Positions 41,181 through 42,742 of a DNA stretch of 42,742 nt are shown here, in pieces. Source of the stretch: Deltaproteobacteria bacterium (GTDB lineage: Bacteria; Myxococcota_A; UBA9160; G020347605); assembly GCA_020347605.1 (NCBI GenBank), contig CP070734.1:2690338-2733079 (forward strand), written 5' to 3'. Numbering within the stretch: position 1 is the first letter of the stretch; each line of letters starts with the position of its first letter. The notes under the pieces are model-generated. The model saw only the letters and a list, made by a program, of their open reading frames with translations. It had not been told where the DNA came from and ran no database searches. Both the position numbers and the translations under genes were made by a program.

Positions 41181-42665
41181 GTGATCGAGACGGTCGAGAT
41201 CGACGAACCCCTGAGCCTCGAAGACCACGCCCAGATCGTGCACCTCGCCGAGGCCGTCCGCTTTCTCCGCGAGCAGGCGGCGGCGCTCCTGCCCCGGCTG
41301 CGCGGCCGCCGGGTCTGGATGATCAACTCCACGGCCCGGGGCGGCGGCGTGGCGGAGATGCTGCCCAAGGTCGTCGCCCTGCTGCGCGAGCTGGGCGTGC
41401 CGACCGAGTGGGCCGTGATGGGCAGCCGCGAGCCCGAGTTCTTCGTACTGACCAAGCGGCTCCACAACCTGATCCACGGACACGGCGATCCCCTGCTGAC
41501 GGAGGAGGAGCACTCGCTCTACGCCGCGGTCAGCGCGGAGAACGCCGGGGCGATGAAGCGGCGGCTCGAGCGCGACGACATCCTCGTGATCCACGACCCG
41601 CAGCCGCTCGGGATGGGCGCCCAGCTCAAGCGCGAGCTCGGCATCCCGACCGTGTTCCGCTGCCACATCGGGCTCGACGAGCGGACGCCCGAGACCCGCG
41701 CGGCCTGGCGGTTCCTGCGCCCCTTCGCGGAGGACTGCGACCATTCGATCTTCTCGGCGCCCGAGTACGTGCCGGGCTTCCTCTCGGACCAGTCGGACGT
41801 GATCCATCCCGCCATCGATCCCATGAGCTTCAAGAACCGGCCGCTCTCGGCCACCAAGCTCGCCGGCATCCTGTGCAACGCGGGACTGATGGTGTCGAGC
41901 GAGCCCGTGGTTCCGCTCTCGTTCGCCGAAGCCGCGACCCGACTCGCACCCGACGGCAGCTTCGCCCCGATCGATGCGCGCACCGACATCGGACTCCTGT
42001 TCCGGCCCATCGTGACGCAGATCTCGCGCTGGGATCGCCTCAAGGGATGGAAGCCGCTGCTCGACGCGTTCGTGCGCCTCAAGAGCGGGCGCTTCACGAA
42101 GCGCGCGGGGATCGCCGATCGCCACCGGCGCCGGCTCGAGCTGGTCCGGCTGGTGCTGGCCGGCCCGGATCCGGCGGCCGTGGCGGATGACCCCGAGGCG
42201 CAGGAGGTGCTCCGCGAGCTGATCGACAGCTATCGCGATCTGCCGCCGTCGCTGATGCAGGACGTCGCGGTGATCAGCCTTCCGATGGCCTCGCGCAAGC
42301 AAAACGCGCTGATGGTCAACGCGCTGCAGCTCTGCTCGAGCGTCATCGTCCAGAACTCGCTGCGCGAGGGCTTCGGGCTGACCGTCACCGAGGGCATGTG
42401 GAAGCACGGTGCCATTCTGGGCAGCCGCGCCTGCGGGATTCGACAGCAGATCCGCGACGGCATCGACGGCCGGCTGGTCCAGGACGCCGAGGATCCCGAC
42501 GAGCTCGCGCAGCTGCTCGACGAGATGCTGGAGGACCTCCCCGCCCGCGCGCGCTGGGGCCAGAGCGCCCAGCTCCGCGTCCACGATCAGTTCCTCGTCT
42601 TCGCGCAGGTGCGCCGCTGGCTCGAGGTGCTCGCGGAACGCGCCGACCCCTCCGCTCCCGTCTGA
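41181..42665 (+). CDS. GT4 family glycosyltransferase, TreT (trehalose glycosyltransferring synthase)-like
   Basis: 494 aa from GTG 41181, with GGGGAG 10 nt upstream. It has the N-terminal INSTARGGGVAEMLP motif and the C-terminal GT4 motif NSLREGFGLTVTEGMWKH. Confidence 0.82.
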   Translation: MIETVEIDEPLSLEDHAQIVHLAEAVRFLREQAAALLPRLRGRRVWMINSTARGGGVAEMLPKVVALLRELGVPTEWAVMGSREPEFFVLTKRLHNLIHGHGDPLLTEEEHSLYAAVSAENAGAMKRRLERDDILVIHDPQPLGMGAQLKRELGIPTVFRCHIGLDERTPETRAAWRFLRPFAEDCDHSIFSAPEYVPGFLSDQSDVIHPAIDPMSFKNRPLSATKLAGILCNAGLMVSSEPVVPLSFAEAATRLAPDGSFAPIDARTDIGLLFRPIVTQISRWDRLKGWKPLLDAFVRLKSGRFTKRAGIADRHRRRLELVRLVLAGPDPAAVADDPEAQEVLRELIDSYRDLPPSLMQDVAVISLPMASRKQNALMVNALQLCSSVIVQNSLREGFGLTVTEGMWKHGAILGSRACGIRQQIRDGIDGRLVQDAEDPDELAQLLDEMLEDLPARARWGQSAQLRVHDQFLVFAQVRRWLEVLAERADPSAPV

Positions 42666-42711
42666 CCGGCTGGCCGCGCCGGGCCGCGTCTCCGCTCGGG
42701 CTCCGACCCGC

Positions 42712-42735
42712 GTCGGCCGACTCTCGTCGGCCGAC
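42712..42735 (+). terminator. candidate stem-loop terminator (10-bp GC-rich stem, tetraloop, no U-tract)
   Basis: GTCGGCCGAC-tctc-GTCGGCCGAC. Each arm is itself palindromic, so the two copies can pair. It lies 47 nt downstream of the GT4 gene stop and close to the window edge. Confidence 0.4.
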
Positions 42736-42742
42736 TAGCCGA

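Noticed and set aside
1-42742. Mobile elements, prophage, defence islands, toxin-antitoxin pairs, tRNA/rRNA genes
   Set aside because: I scanned ORF products and intergenic regions on both strands. I found no transposase, integrase or recombinase motifs, no phage structural or defence-type domains, no tRNA-like T-arm/anticodon structures and no rRNA-like stretches.

Overview
This is a 42.7-kb, very GC-rich, densely packed bacterial chromosomal segment. I did not compute GC content. Long antisense shadow ORFs run throughout, as expected at this composition. I support 38 protein-coding genes and found no rRNA, tRNA, CRISPR array, transposase, integrase or recognisable defence or toxin-antitoxin genes.

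The left two thirds are mostly housekeeping and metabolic genes:
- leuS and a DUF299 PpsR-like regulator
- an RND/MMPL exporter and a 2-hydroxyacid dehydrogenase
- aguB-aguA (agmatine to putrescine)
- an E. coli-type frdABCD fumarate reductase operon followed by a MAPEG protein and a family III CoA-transferase
- a pair of acyl-CoA dehydrogenases plus bolA
- a DHH/DHHA1 phosphoesterase, an epoxide-hydrolase-like alpha/beta hydrolase, pabB, a DAG-kinase-family lipid kinase and an S9 peptidase flanked by two ABM-domain proteins

The right third (about 28.4-42.7 kb) is the least conventional part and consists almost entirely of membrane or envelope proteins. A minus-strand string encodes an ICMT-like methyltransferase, an AI-2E permease, a GPH-type MFS symporter, a membrane-anchored beta-propeller glycosidase-like protein and an ABM protein. 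It is followed by a TPR/PMT-like (TMTC-like) polytopic glycosyltransferase, a fatty-acid-hydroxylase-family protein, an ~820-aa polytopic spermidine-synthase-like protein, a sulfatase-fold lipoprotein with a non-canonical nucleophile motif, and a TreT-like GT4 glycosyltransferase. I consider this the best candidate for an undescribed envelope lipid or glycan modification system, but that is inference from domain content only.

Other items worth a second look:
- a His-rich, probably Tat-exported 150-aa protein carrying an exact classical C2H2 zinc-finger signature
- two translationally coupled paralogous small lipoproteins divergent from an SLT-type lytic transglycosylase
- a 22-bp perfect inverted repeat forming a ~117-nt hairpin that fills one convergent intergenic gap
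- a 290-nt lower-GC spacer containing a 2 x 40-nt imperfect tandem repeat
- two consecutive transporter genes with no canonical start codon at the expected position

All family assignments come from motif recognition by eye. No database search was run.
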